From: Bacteroidales bacterium
GTDB lineage: Bacteria; Bacteroidota; Bacteroidia; Bacteroidales; JAQXIO01
Assembly (NCBI GenBank): GCA_029007825.1
Contig: JAQXIO010000029.1
Coordinates: forward strand, 144,481 to 208,480
Length of the DNA stretch: 64,000 nt
Direction of reading: 5' to 3'
The notes beneath the pieces are model-generated. The model was not told the DNA's origin. It saw nothing but the letters and a program-made list of their open reading frames with translations, and searched no databases. Below, in pieces: positions 8,765 through 19,500 of this stretch (positions within the stretch are counted from its first letter, which is position 1; every line of letters starts with the position of its first letter). The position numbers were made by a program, and so were the translations under genes.

Positions 8765-11700
8765 ATGAGGAAAATTTTATTTTTTAAATTTTTGTTACTT
8801 TCGTTTCTGATGGGAGTGACAAGTCTGCATGCCCAGACGGGTAATGTCGTGTGGGAACTTTTTAAACCCCAGGTCGGAACGGGTAATAATGAAGAAAAAA
8901 TCACACAGTTGAGAGAGGGTGGCGATAGTTTTACCGCAACCTGCTCGAAAGAGATCGACCAGCTTTATTTCGGCTCTAAAAATGATGCTGCAAATAACGG
9001 TGGAACTACTTATTCCGATATCGATCATCCCGATTTTAAGGGTAAAGACGATGTCGGTGATTACCAATCGCGTGTACGCGGTTACTTTTTTGTGACAAAA
9101 GCTGCGAAGTATCAGTTTCTGATGGCTTCCGACGATGGTGCACAGTTCTGGATGAATCCGGAAGGTACTGCACAGGAAGGCATGATCGAAATTGTAAAAA
9201 ACAATCAGTATACAGGAGACTGGAACGGTAGCCAGGTGAAAGATGCGGGCCGTACTTTGCAACCGGGTATCTATGCTTTTATAATCACCCATGAAGAGGG
9301 TAGCGGCGGCGATTTTGTAAAATTGGGCGTAAAAGTCGATGATGCCGAAGCTGTTATTGTAGGTAAGGAGGGTAGTAATATCGTATTGTCACAAGTGGCA
9401 CAATCAATAGTTACACCTTCTCTTGTGGCCGTTCCTGCAGCCGTGCAACAAGGACAGACCGGTATATTATACGGTATTGCATTAGAAGTAGCTCAGGCTC
9501 CGCTTAAAATTTCAGGGGTGTCATTAAAAACAAACGGAACCGTTGAGGCGGGCGATATTACAAAATATTCTTTATATTTCAATGCTTCTGCTCCGAGTCT
9601 TGCAGGTGCCACTCTTCTTGCAGAAAAGGATGCTCTTTCCGGAGGAATTTTCGAGGCTTCCGGTCTGACGGCTGAGATTGCTTCCGGTTCTACCGGATAT
9701 CTGCTTCTTGCCGGAGCTGTTGCGGACGGTGCGGTTATCGACCGTACTATCGGAATCGATGCGATTGCTGATTTATCGACAGCGATTACTGCTTCGAATG
9801 CCCTGTATGATCCTGCAGGCTTAGCTGCAGGAAGTGCTGTTAAGTTTGTCCAGAAAACCGATGCGCAATCAACGATCGGAATAGCAACATTTACATATCC
9901 TGAGAATATAGATTATAAACAATATACGGAGGCTTATCTTCCTATTGCCAAATTCAAACTCAGCGATGCGGGTGATGACGGAAAAGCAACTATTATCAAT
10001 AATCTTACCGTCGAATTGGGTAACTGGCAGAATATAGCTTCAGTGGCAATATATGACGGAAATACTTTATTGAAAGAGACGCCGGTTACAGGTGCATCTT
10101 CTGCTCTCAGCGGTTTGACCCTTACAGCGGCAAGCAAAGCATCCAAAGAGTTTGACGTAGCCGTGAAATTCAAAAAAGTTGTAGCCGACCGTGCCGTTAT
10201 CAGCGTGAAGATAGCCGAGGCAATTGCCGATGCTTTGAATTCACAGCTTGCAGCCGACGGATTAAGCGGGGCTGTAACTACGCTTAGCGGCGACCAGAAT
10301 AAAATTCAGGTAACGGCTATTGCTTTGAGTTTCCAGACTCAGCCTGCAGCTGACGGAATTTACGGAACGCCTTTAACAAGACAGCCGGTGGTTCAGTCTG
10401 TCGATGCAAACGGTAGTGTCGATACGGATGTAAACGGTAAAACCGTTACATTGGCAAACAGTGCGTCTGCTATTATGACCAACAATACCGCAAATCTGAC
10501 AAACGGAACGGCTACGTTCAGCGGATTTGCCATTCAACATCCAACGGCTGTTACTATTACAGCTAGTGCAGACGGCCTGACTTCCGTAACATCCGATGAA
10601 ATTGCATTGGTTTCCAATGTATATACAAAAGATAACGACTGGGCATATATAGGAAGTCAGCCTATCGGACAGGGCGCATTAAACGCAGAAGTCGCCAGAC
10701 TTATTTATCAATCGAAGGCAACGGCAGAAGCTCCGGTAACATTGACGGGATTCGTGCTTACTTCAGGCAACTCTACTTCTCCCGCCGATATCGATTCCGC
10801 ATCGGTTTATTATAACGGAGCATTATTCGGAACCGGTTTGAATGACGGTGCCGGAAAATTCGTGCTGAATAGTTCAGAGGGAGTTACGTTCAACAGTGAA
10901 GGTGACAAAGAGTTTAAGATTGTAGTGCATGTATCGCCGGATGCAGTAGCCGGAAATAGAGTAGACGCTATACTCGAAAGTATGGTTGTGGACGGAAATA
11001 CGATTCCTGCCCGTGAAAATATCAACCAGAATGCACGTACCATAATGGGCGCTATGTCGGGTGAATATTATGTGGATTTGAATGCTACAAGCGATTTGTT
11101 TAACGACGGCGGACGTAATTTCAATTCGTTCGGTGAAGCTATGAACCAGTTGTATCAACGCGGTGCCGCTGTTCCGGGTGTGACGATCATTGTAAAAGAC
11201 GACCAGGAATTCGATGTCTCAAAAGATCAGCCTCTGAGATTATACAATATCGGCAAGAAAGATGCTCCTGTGGTTATTAAACGTTCTGAAGACGGAACCG
11301 ATCGTCCTCATATCAAAGTGGGAATGGGTAATGACTATTACGTGAAAATGCTTCTTTTACGCAATTGCCAGTATATTACGATAGACGGTCTTTTCTTAGA
11401 TTGTTACAGAGCTGAGGGTACTAATCCTATGGCGGGTATCGTAATCGGTAACGACCTGATACCTTCGGAAAACATTATTATTCAGAATTGTAAGATCTCT
11501 ATTAACCAAGAACTGGTAGACCGCAGCGCATGTATCGGTATCCGTTATCTGAATTTCAATTTCCAGGCAGAAGCATCTAATAACGGCATGACGTTAAAAG
11601 ATTGTAAGTTCCTCAATAATGAAATTGTAAATTGCGCTGAGGGTATTCACCTGGAAATTGTAGATAACGTGGAAATTTCCGGTAATACGATTTCAGATTT

Positions 11701-13909
11701 CACTTATGGCGGTATTTATGTAAATAATGTAACCAATTCTCAGATATCCGGAAATACGATAAAAGATACCGAATTTAACGAATATCCTAATCCGGGAGCT
11801 TCTTATGTCGGTGCAGACAGACGTTCCGCTATCCATATAACGGGCATGAACGATGATGTCGTGATCTCCGGCAATATGATTTACAATCTTATAAATAATT
11901 TGAATACCCAGACTTACAAACAGGATTTTGTTACGGGTATCTATGCCGCAATATCCAGTGCTTCTACATCAAGGAATAATGCAATATTCAATAATATGAT
12001 CTGGGATTTGGGGGCACCGAACTCAAATGTTTCTAACAATGAATATGCCGTAACGGGTATTCAGGTCGATGGTTCGGGTGCTGCTGAAGGCGGATTTATC
12101 GGCGTTTACAATAACAGCGTTTCGCTGAATGCCACTTCGCCTAAAAAGGTTATTGCATTCAATGCTGTAAGTGGAGCGCGTCCGTTGTTGCAGAATAATA
12201 TTTTTGTAAACAACGGTACATCCGAAATGGGTGTTTATGCGGTGAATATCGATCCGAGCCGTTTAGAGGCAGGAAGCGACAATAATATCTATTATGCCGG
12301 CGTTCCTTCGGATAAGAACTTTATCAATGCAAACGGTTCTAAACAAACCCTGGCCGAATATCAGGAGCAGGTAACCGGAAAAGAGGTTGCGACGACTTCT
12401 CAGAATATTACCTTTATGGGCGGTCCGAATGCATTGAATGTTGCAGATGACGGTTCGAGAGCTTATGTTATTGGTAAAGGAGTTTCTGTTGCGGGTATCA
12501 CAACCGATATCTGGGGTATCTCACGTGACCCGAGTACTCCGACGATCGGGGCATGGGAAGTTCCGCCTGTCCGTAATTTCACTATCATAGGCGGAACGAG
12601 CGATCCTAATACGAATAAGGTTGATGAGGGTTCGATCGTTACCATCACAGCCGATGCACCGGTAGAAGGTAAGGAGTTTGACAAATGGGAAGCCGAAGGT
12701 GTAATTCTTGCCGATGAGACCAAAGCGGAAACTACATTTAAAGTGCCCGGAAACGATGTAACCGTTAAATCGACTTATAAAGACGTTATTTACACGATTA
12801 CCGTTACAGGTGGCGGTTACGCCGACTATTCTACTGCTATCTTCAAGGATAATATAACTTTGACAGCACCTGAGATTACCGGAAAGAGATTCTTAGGATG
12901 GAACGGTGAAGACAGAAATACCTTGCTGAGCGATACGACGCTGGCCAGTGTATCTTTCCAGATGCCGTCGCATAACGTCGAGTTCGAATCGGTATATGAA
13001 GATATCGTGTATAATATTGCGTTGGAAAATGCTTCAAGTGAAAAGTCAACGGCTATTTACAAGGAATCTGTTACGATTACTGCCGATGCTCCCGAATTGG
13101 GCATGATGTTCGATAAGTGGGAAGGCGATGTGGATGTGCTTGCACCGGGTGATTTGAATAAATCGGAAGTAACCATCAGTATGCCGGCCAAGAATATCAG
13201 CCTGAAAGCAACTTATGTGATCGGCGTATATGGCGTTTATGTTAGCGGCGGTACATCCAACAAGCCTGACGGAGCAAATTATAATGACGATATTACCATT
13301 ACGGCCGATGAACCGGAAGAGGGAATGAAGTTTACCGGATGGGCCGGTTCTGAAGAAGACCTTGCTCTTGTTACGGATGTTACGAATCCGACGATCAGCT
13401 TCAAAATGCCGGACCGCGATGTTTATCTGAGTGCAACGTATGAAGCAGTTGAGTATACTATTACGGTAGATGGCGGAACGGCTACATTCGATAAGGCAAC
13501 GATGAATACGACTGTTCGTGTAACAGCCAGAAAGCCGGCCTGGGAAGAGATGTTAGTATTCGATCATTGGGAAAGCGACGATGTAACGTTCAGCAATCCG
13601 AAGAGCGAATCGACTATTTTCGATATGCCTGCTAAGGATGTTGTTATCAAAGCGGTATTTGTCGAAGGCGATAATGCTATCGGAGATGAAGAGTTGGCAA
13701 ATGTTGTGGTATATCCGAATCCGGCTGCCGATTATATTCAGGTCAGAGGTCTGAATGAGGATAGTAATTATACCATTGTCAATGCAGGCGGTCAGATTGT
13801 TCTGAGCGGATCCGATTATAACGGTGAAGCAATCGATATCAGCGCATTGGCCAGCGGAACCTATTTCTTCAGAGTGGATGACAAGACTTTCACTTTCATG
13901 AAAAAGTAA
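8765..13909 (+). CDS. Large T9SS type A-sorted surface protein: PA14 domain, Ig-like/BNR-N-like modules, right-handed beta-helix, InlB B-repeat-like stalk, CTD
   Basis: ATG 8765 gives signal peptide MRKILFFKFLLLSFLMGVTSLHA; PA14-like 'RVRGYFFVTKAAKYQFLMASDDGAQFW...HEEGSGGD'; beta-helix repeats (ISGNTISDF, ISGNTIKD, ISGNMIYN) closing with 'PTIGAWE'; CTD 'VYPNPAADYI...FMKK'. Confidence 0.85.
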   Translation: MRKILFFKFLLLSFLMGVTSLHAQTGNVVWELFKPQVGTGNNEEKITQLREGGDSFTATCSKEIDQLYFGSKNDAANNGGTTYSDIDHPDFKGKDDVGDYQSRVRGYFFVTKAAKYQFLMASDDGAQFWMNPEGTAQEGMIEIVKNNQYTGDWNGSQVKDAGRTLQPGIYAFIITHEEGSGGDFVKLGVKVDDAEAVIVGKEGSNIVLSQVAQSIVTPSLVAVPAAVQQGQTGILYGIALEVAQAPLKISGVSLKTNGTVEAGDITKYSLYFNASAPSLAGATLLAEKDALSGGIFEASGLTAEIASGSTGYLLLAGAVADGAVIDRTIGIDAIADLSTAITASNALYDPAGLAAGSAVKFVQKTDAQSTIGIATFTYPENIDYKQYTEAYLPIAKFKLSDAGDDGKATIINNLTVELGNWQNIASVAIYDGNTLLKETPVTGASSALSGLTLTAASKASKEFDVAVKFKKVVADRAVISVKIAEAIADALNSQLAADGLSGAVTTLSGDQNKIQVTAIALSFQTQPAADGIYGTPLTRQPVVQSVDANGSVDTDVNGKTVTLANSASAIMTNNTANLTNGTATFSGFAIQHPTAVTITASADGLTSVTSDEIALVSNVYTKDNDWAYIGSQPIGQGALNAEVARLIYQSKATAEAPVTLTGFVLTSGNSTSPADIDSASVYYNGALFGTGLNDGAGKFVLNSSEGVTFNSEGDKEFKIVVHVSPDAVAGNRVDAILESMVVDGNTIPARENINQNARTIMGAMSGEYYVDLNATSDLFNDGGRNFNSFGEAMNQLYQRGAAVPGVTIIVKDDQEFDVSKDQPLRLYNIGKKDAPVVIKRSEDGTDRPHIKVGMGNDYYVKMLLLRNCQYITIDGLFLDCYRAEGTNPMAGIVIGNDLIPSENIIIQNCKISINQELVDRSACIGIRYLNFNFQAEASNNGMTLKDCKFLNNEIVNCAEGIHLEIVDNVEISGNTISDFTYGGIYVNNVTNSQISGNTIKDTEFNEYPNPGASYVGADRRSAIHITGMNDDVVISGNMIYNLINNLNTQTYKQDFVTGIYAAISSASTSRNNAIFNNMIWDLGAPNSNVSNNEYAVTGIQVDGSGAAEGGFIGVYNNSVSLNATSPKKVIAFNAVSGARPLLQNNIFVNNGTSEMGVYAVNIDPSRLEAGSDNNIYYAGVPSDKNFINANGSKQTLAEYQEQVTGKEVATTSQNITFMGGPNALNVADDGSRAYVIGKGVSVAGITTDIWGISRDPSTPTIGAWEVPPVRNFTIIGGTSDPNTNKVDEGSIVTITADAPVEGKEFDKWEAEGVILADETKAETTFKVPGNDVTVKSTYKDVIYTITVTGGGYADYSTAIFKDNITLTAPEITGKRFLGWNGEDRNTLLSDTTLASVSFQMPSHNVEFESVYEDIVYNIALENASSEKSTAIYKESVTITADAPELGMMFDKWEGDVDVLAPGDLNKSEVTISMPAKNISLKATYVIGVYGVYVSGGTSNKPDGANYNDDITITADEPEEGMKFTGWAGSEEDLALVTDVTNPTISFKMPDRDVYLSATYEAVEYTITVDGGTATFDKATMNTTVRVTARKPAWEEMLVFDHWESDDVTFSNPKSESTIFDMPAKDVVIKAVFVEGDNAIGDEELANVVVYPNPAADYIQVRGLNEDSNYTIVNAGGQIVLSGSDYNGEAIDISALASGTYFFRVDDKTFTFMKK

Positions 13910-13940
13910 GCGGGTAAATTAAACTATAAGTTTCTTTTTT

Positions 13941-13971
13941 AGTGCCCCGGTAAAACATTTACCGGGGCACT
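13941..13971 (+). terminator. Perfect hairpin, probable terminator
   Basis: agtgccccggtaaa-aca-tttaccggggcact, 14-bp perfect stem, T-rich flanks. Confidence 0.75.
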
Positions 13972-13996
13972 ACCGTTTTTAAAAGAAAAACAAGTT

Positions 13997-15157
13997 ATGT
14001 TATTATTCATTATAATTGTTGTTACTCTTTATTTGTTAATTAACAGTTATATTTTTCTTCGCGGATGGCAGGCTCTGGAGGGGTTGAGAAAAATACGAAT
14101 CGTTTATACCGTTGTTTTCTGTATTGCAGCCGGATCGTTTTTGCCGGCTTTTATGTTGAAAAGAGATTTCGATTCGGTTGCCGTAGAGGTGCTTTGGAAT
14201 ATTGCTTCTTTGTGGCTGGCTGCCATGCTGTATCTTTTTCTGATGGTGTTGCTGATCGATTTGTTCCGTCTTCTTTTCCGTTTTATCGGGCAGCCTATCC
14301 GTTCATGGATAGGGAATTATCGTTCGGTTAAACACTGGACTTTTACATTTGTGTCGATTGGTGTTTTACTGTTGTTGTCGATCGGCTATATATATGCTAC
14401 ACGTCCGAAGGTCGTGGAATATGAGCTTACTTTCAATGCTGATGTGGAAAAGCCACGCCTGATGAATGTAGTTGTGGTCGGCGATTTGCATCTCGGTTAT
14501 GTATATGGATACGATCAGTTGCAAAGGTGGGTGAGTTCCATCAATGGTTTATCACCGGATCTTATATTAATGGTGGGTGATGTCTTTGACGATAATCCGC
14601 AGGTGGTCGAGCGTAAACATTTAGGGGCACTTTTACAAAAGATGGAAGCTCCTTTGGGGCGGTATGCCGTTATCGGGAATCATGAACTGATGGGAGACCT
14701 CCCGCGCTCGGTAGATTATCTGCAACGGAACGGAGTCGAGGTGCTTACAGACCAGACGGTGCTGATCGACAGTGCTTTTTATCTGGTCGGACGCATGGAT
14801 CGTTCCGTGAGCCGCGTTAAAGACTATCAGGGGTTGCCTGCAGAGCGTGCAAGTTTGCGGGAGCTTCGTGCCGATTGTTCAGATGCTTATCCGGTAGTGG
14901 TAATGGATCATCAGCCTTCCGGACTGGATGAGGCTATGCTGGCGGGTGTGGAGCTGCAACTATCGGGACATACGCATCACGGACAGCTATGGCCGCTTAA
15001 TTATCTGACGGAGGCGATGTTCGAATGTGACCGGGGAATTCTCCGTAAGGATGCTGCCACCTATATTGTGACCTCGGGTTTAGGAACATGGGGACCTCCG
15101 GTGCGTACGGGCAGCCGTTCGGAGATTGTTGTGCTGCATTTGCATCTACATCCGTGA
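13997..15157 (+). CDS. Membrane-anchored metallophosphoesterase (YkuE/YaeI-like)
   Basis: N-terminal TM helices; calcineurin-like motifs DLHLG, GDVFD, GNHE, MDHQP, SGHTHHGQ. Confidence 0.9.
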   Translation: MLLFIIIVVTLYLLINSYIFLRGWQALEGLRKIRIVYTVVFCIAAGSFLPAFMLKRDFDSVAVEVLWNIASLWLAAMLYLFLMVLLIDLFRLLFRFIGQPIRSWIGNYRSVKHWTFTFVSIGVLLLLSIGYIYATRPKVVEYELTFNADVEKPRLMNVVVVGDLHLGYVYGYDQLQRWVSSINGLSPDLILMVGDVFDDNPQVVERKHLGALLQKMEAPLGRYAVIGNHELMGDLPRSVDYLQRNGVEVLTDQTVLIDSAFYLVGRMDRSVSRVKDYQGLPAERASLRELRADCSDAYPVVVMDHQPSGLDEAMLAGVELQLSGHTHHGQLWPLNYLTEAMFECDRGILRKDAATYIVTSGLGTWGPPVRTGSRSEIVVLHLHLHP

Positions 15158-15441
15158 TTCTTTGAGGTTAACCATTTTCTTTGCGTTTTCATGGTGTGTA
15201 AATCTTAATTTAAAATGCTTGGATATGGCTTAACTAAGTTTTGCTTTTGTTTACCATGTGTTTACAGACTATAATCTGATAAAACCTGAATCGTTCCATG
15301 AAAAAGATGATTTTTCTACGCCTTTTTGTGCTTTTTATTTTGTCGGGTGCTCCGATGTTTCTTTTTACCAGTATATTTTAATCTTATGAAGCGGATCGAT
15401 TGCATAAACACCGGAGTGTGGCTTTATTAAAAAATCAAGAT

Positions 15442-16317
15442 ATGGAAAAGAGATCATCTGTACTTCGTTTGATTTATCCTCAGTGGCAGGGTGGGATTGT
15501 TGCCCACTGGATGCCTGATATTCCTGCAGACGATGCCTCGAGGGGTTATTATCTGGGTGCACAGTTATTGAATATGTTGGCTCCCAAGGGTTCTCAAAAG
15601 TGTGTGGAAGTTCCTGTTTCGCTGGATGTTCATGACCGGAATGAAGAAAAGGGTATCAGTGCCCGCAAAGTAATACTGAAACAAACGAAGGCTGCACTTG
15701 AAAAGCTTCGTGAAAATGATCCGGACAAGGTCGTTACTTTAGGAGGAGAGTGTTCCGTAAGTGTTGTCCCGTTTACTTATTTGGCGGGAAGGTATCCCGA
15801 TGATGTTGCTGTCGTATGGATCGATGCGCATCCCGACGTGAATTTGCCTTATGATGATTATAAGGGTTATCATGCGATGGCACTGACAGCTTGTTTAGGT
15901 ATGGGAGATGAAGAGATTACCGGTATACTACCCGGAAGATTCGATGCATTGAAAGCTTTGATTGTGGGGCTTCGTTCGTGGGATAAAGGAATGAAGGAGT
16001 GTCAGGATGAGTTAGGTATAAAAGGTTTGTCTCCTGCTGAAGTTGCAAGTGATAGTTCTGCCGTGATGGAGTGGCTGAAAGGAACAGGGGTGGCAAAAGT
16101 AGTTGTTCATTTTGATTTAGATGTGTTGAATCCTGCTGAGATCATAGCGGGTGTGGGCGTAGAGCCGGACGGAATGAGAATCGACGAGGTTGTGCGGGTG
16201 ATTAACAATATAGCGTCGGAATATGATTTAGTGGGACTTACCGTAGCGGAACCAATGCCGCGTGTTGCGATTAAGCTCAGAAATATGCTGAACCGGCTTC
16301 CTTTACTGAAGGAGTAG
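15442..16317 (+). CDS. Arginase/ureohydrolase family protein (divergent GGECS type)
   Basis: Motifs 'GGECSV', 'WIDAHPD', 'HFDLDVLNP'; start placed at ATG 15442. Confidence 0.85.
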   Translation: MEKRSSVLRLIYPQWQGGIVAHWMPDIPADDASRGYYLGAQLLNMLAPKGSQKCVEVPVSLDVHDRNEEKGISARKVILKQTKAALEKLRENDPDKVVTLGGECSVSVVPFTYLAGRYPDDVAVVWIDAHPDVNLPYDDYKGYHAMALTACLGMGDEEITGILPGRFDALKALIVGLRSWDKGMKECQDELGIKGLSPAEVASDSSAVMEWLKGTGVAKVVVHFDLDVLNPAEIIAGVGVEPDGMRIDEVVRVINNIASEYDLVGLTVAEPMPRVAIKLRNMLNRLPLLKE

Positions 16318-16453
16318 AACGGGGCGTGTTTGTGTCGATAGGTGCGTTTTATCAGGCGGAGCTGAAGGGGTGTTTTATTTGTTTAGTTTTGTTTTTCGCG
16401 CGGTATAGATGCAGGAAATGTGATTTTACTGATGGCGTATAGTGTTGGAAAAG

Positions 16454-16483
16454 AAAAGGCATCCGGAATTCCGGATGCCTTTT
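16454..16483. terminator. Bidirectional terminator between the convergent arginase-like gene and nifJ
   Basis: aaaaggcatccggaattccggatgcctttt is a perfect 30-bp palindrome with A4/T4 ends, 20 nt past the nifJ stop. Confidence 0.8.
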
Positions 16484-16502
16484 GCAATTATGCAGCGTAT
16501 TG

Positions 16503-19500
16503 TTATTCTGCAATTTCAGCTCCCCAGTTGGCAGCAGATAAACGTTTGTAACTGTTGTAACGCCATTGTGCGTTTTTCTGTGCAGCTGCAAACAGTTCGT
16601 TTGCTTCGGCGGGGTATTGTTTCAGCAGTGAAGCATAGCGTACTTCGCCTTTGAGGAAGTCCTGGAACTTATCCCATTGCGGCTCTTTCGAGTCGAGCTG
16701 GAACGGATTCTTTCCTTCTGCTTCCAACTCAGGGTTGTAACGCCATAAGTGCCAGTATCCGCATTCAACGGCAGCAGCCTCTTCCGACTGAGCTTTGCCC
16801 ATACCATTTTTCAGACCGTGGTTGATACAAGGCGCATAAGCTATGACAAGGGATGGTCCGTTGTATGCTTCTGCTTCGCGGATTGCTTTCAGTGTCTGAG
16901 CCTGATTTGCGCCCATTGCGATTTGTGCAACGTAAACATAACCGTATGTGGTTGCGATGAGCCCGAGGTCTTTTTTACGTACTCTCTTTCCTGCGGCAGC
17001 AAATTTAGCGATCGCTCCGATAGGGGTAGATTTGGAAGATTGTCCTCCGGTATTCGAATAAACTTCGGTATCTACTACGAGTACGTTTACGTTTTCGCCG
17101 GAAGCGAGTACGTGGTCGAGTCCGCCGAAACCTATATCGTAAGCCCAACCGTCACCGCCGATAATCCATTGTGATTTCTTCACAAGGTATTGGCTGAGTG
17201 CGTTGATTTGTTTGCAGGGTTCGCAGTTGCATGCAGCAACCAGCGGTTTGATCTTTTCAGCAAGTTCGATGCTTGCGTCGGTATCTTCGCGTTTTTCGAT
17301 CCATTCGTTGAAGAGCGCTTTCATTTCGTCCGTGCAGCAGTCGCAGCTTTGTGCTTCGGTCATATAACGAACCAGACGGTCACGCATTTTATTAACGGCA
17401 AGACGCATACCCAAACCGTATTCGGCATTGTCTTCGAAAAGAGAGTTGGCCCATGCCGGTCCGTGTCCTTTTTCGTTTTTCGTGTACGGGGTAGAAGGGG
17501 CCGAACCTGAATAGATAGAGGTACATCCTGTTGCGTTGGCAACCATCTGACGGTCTCCGAAGAGTTGTGAAATCAATTTTACGTAGGGAGTTTCACCACA
17601 ACCGGAACATGCTCCGGAGAATTCGAAGAGCGGAGTAGCGAACTGTGAGTTTTTCACGTTGGCTTTTATGTCAACGAGATGTTGTTTCGATTTTACCTCT
17701 TTTTCGCAGAAGTCCCAGTTTGTCTGTTCGGGCAGCTGGCTTTCGAGCGTTTCCATTTTGAGGGCTTTTCCGTTTTTGTTGCCCGGACATACGTCTACAC
17801 AGTTTGCACAGCCCAGACAGTCGAGAACGTTAACTTGCATGCGGAATGCCATGCCTGCGAATTGTTTTCCTGTAGCTTTCAGCGTCGTGAAGTTAGCAGG
17901 TGCTTTTGCCAATTCCGTTTCATCGAGTACGAAAGGACGGATGGTAGCGTGAGGACAAACGTAAGCACATTGGTTACACTGAATACAGTTGTCGGCGTTC
18001 CATACGGGAACGAATGCTGCAACACCACGTTTTTCGTAAGCTGCGGTTCCCTGATCCCATGTTCCGTCTTCACGGCCTTTGAATGCCGATACGGGCAGGT
18101 CATCGCCTGTTTGTGCATTGATAGGACGTACGATTTTCTGGATGAATTCGGGTGCGTTGTCTTTCGGCAATTCGAATTCTCCTTCGAGGTTCGCCCATTC
18201 GGCAGGAACTTCTACTTTTGTTACGTCGGAACCGCGGTCAACGGCTGCGTAGTTCATGTTTACGATGTCTTCGCCTTTCTTTCCGTAAGATTTTACGATG
18301 AATTTCTTCATTTGTTCTACGGCGAGGTCGTAAGGAATTACATTTGCAATCTTAAAGAATGCCGATTGAAGGATGGTGTTGGTACGATTACCGAGACCGA
18401 TTTCCTGTGCAATGGCTGTTGCATTGATGATGTAGAAGTTGATGTTGTTGACTGCCAGATATCTTTTTACGTTGTTGGGCAGGTGTTTTTTCACTTCTTC
18501 CGCATCCCAGATCGAGTTGAGCAGGAATGTTCCGTTTTTCTTCAAGCCTTTGGTTACATCGTAGAGACGAAGGTAAGCAGGTACGTGACATGCTACGAAG
18601 TCAGGGGTGTTTACCAAATAGGTAGAACGGATCGGATGATCGCCGAAACGGAGGTGTGAGCAGGTGAAACCTCCCGATTTTTTAGAATCGTAAGAGAAGT
18701 ATGCCTGACAGTATTTGTCGGTGTTGTCACCGATAATTTTTACAGAGTTTTTATTGGCACCTACCGTACCGTCTGCTCCAAGACCGTAGAATTTAGCTTC
18801 GAACGGGCCGTTTTCGAATGAGATTTCTTCTTTTTTCGGAAGAGAGGTAAATGTAACGTCGTCTTCGATACCGATTGTGAAACCGTTTTTAGGCATGTTC
18901 ATCGCCAGGTTTTCATATACGGCCAGAATTTGTGCCGGGGTAGTGTCTTTAGAGGATAATCCATAACGTCCGCCGACAATTACCGGAGCATCTTTTTTAC
19001 CGTAGAAGCAGTCTTTTACATCGAGGTAGAGGGGTTCGCCGGTAGCTCCCGGTTCTTTCGTACGGTCGAGTACTGCAATGCGTTTCGCCGTTGCAGGAAC
19101 TGCAGCGAGGAAGTGTTTTGCAGAGAACGGACGATAGAGGTGAACAGATACTAATCCGACTTTTTCGCCTTTAGCGGTGAGGTAGTCGATGGCTTCGCGC
19201 GCAGCTTCCGTAACGGAACCCATAGCGATGATTACGCGGTCAGCATCGGCTGCTCCGTAGTAGTCGAACAGGTTGTATTTACGTCCGGTTACGGTAGAGA
19301 GTTTGTTCATATATTCTTCTACGATTTCAGGAACTGCATCGTAGAAGGGGTTGCAGGCTTCGCGTGCCTGGAAATAGATATCCGGGTTCTGTGCGGTACC
19401 GCGGGCAACCGGATTTTCAGGATTCAGAGCGCGTTTGCGGAAATCGGCAAGGGCGTCCTGATCGATGAACTGAGCCAGGTCTTCGTTGCTTAAGGCTTCG

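Noticed and set aside
17679-18659. Long + strand ORFs inside nifJ (and similar ones inside GH9, GHL10, DUF4038, GH2, AsmA)
   Set aside because: Antisense to well-supported genes, no motifs, typical codon-bias shadows.
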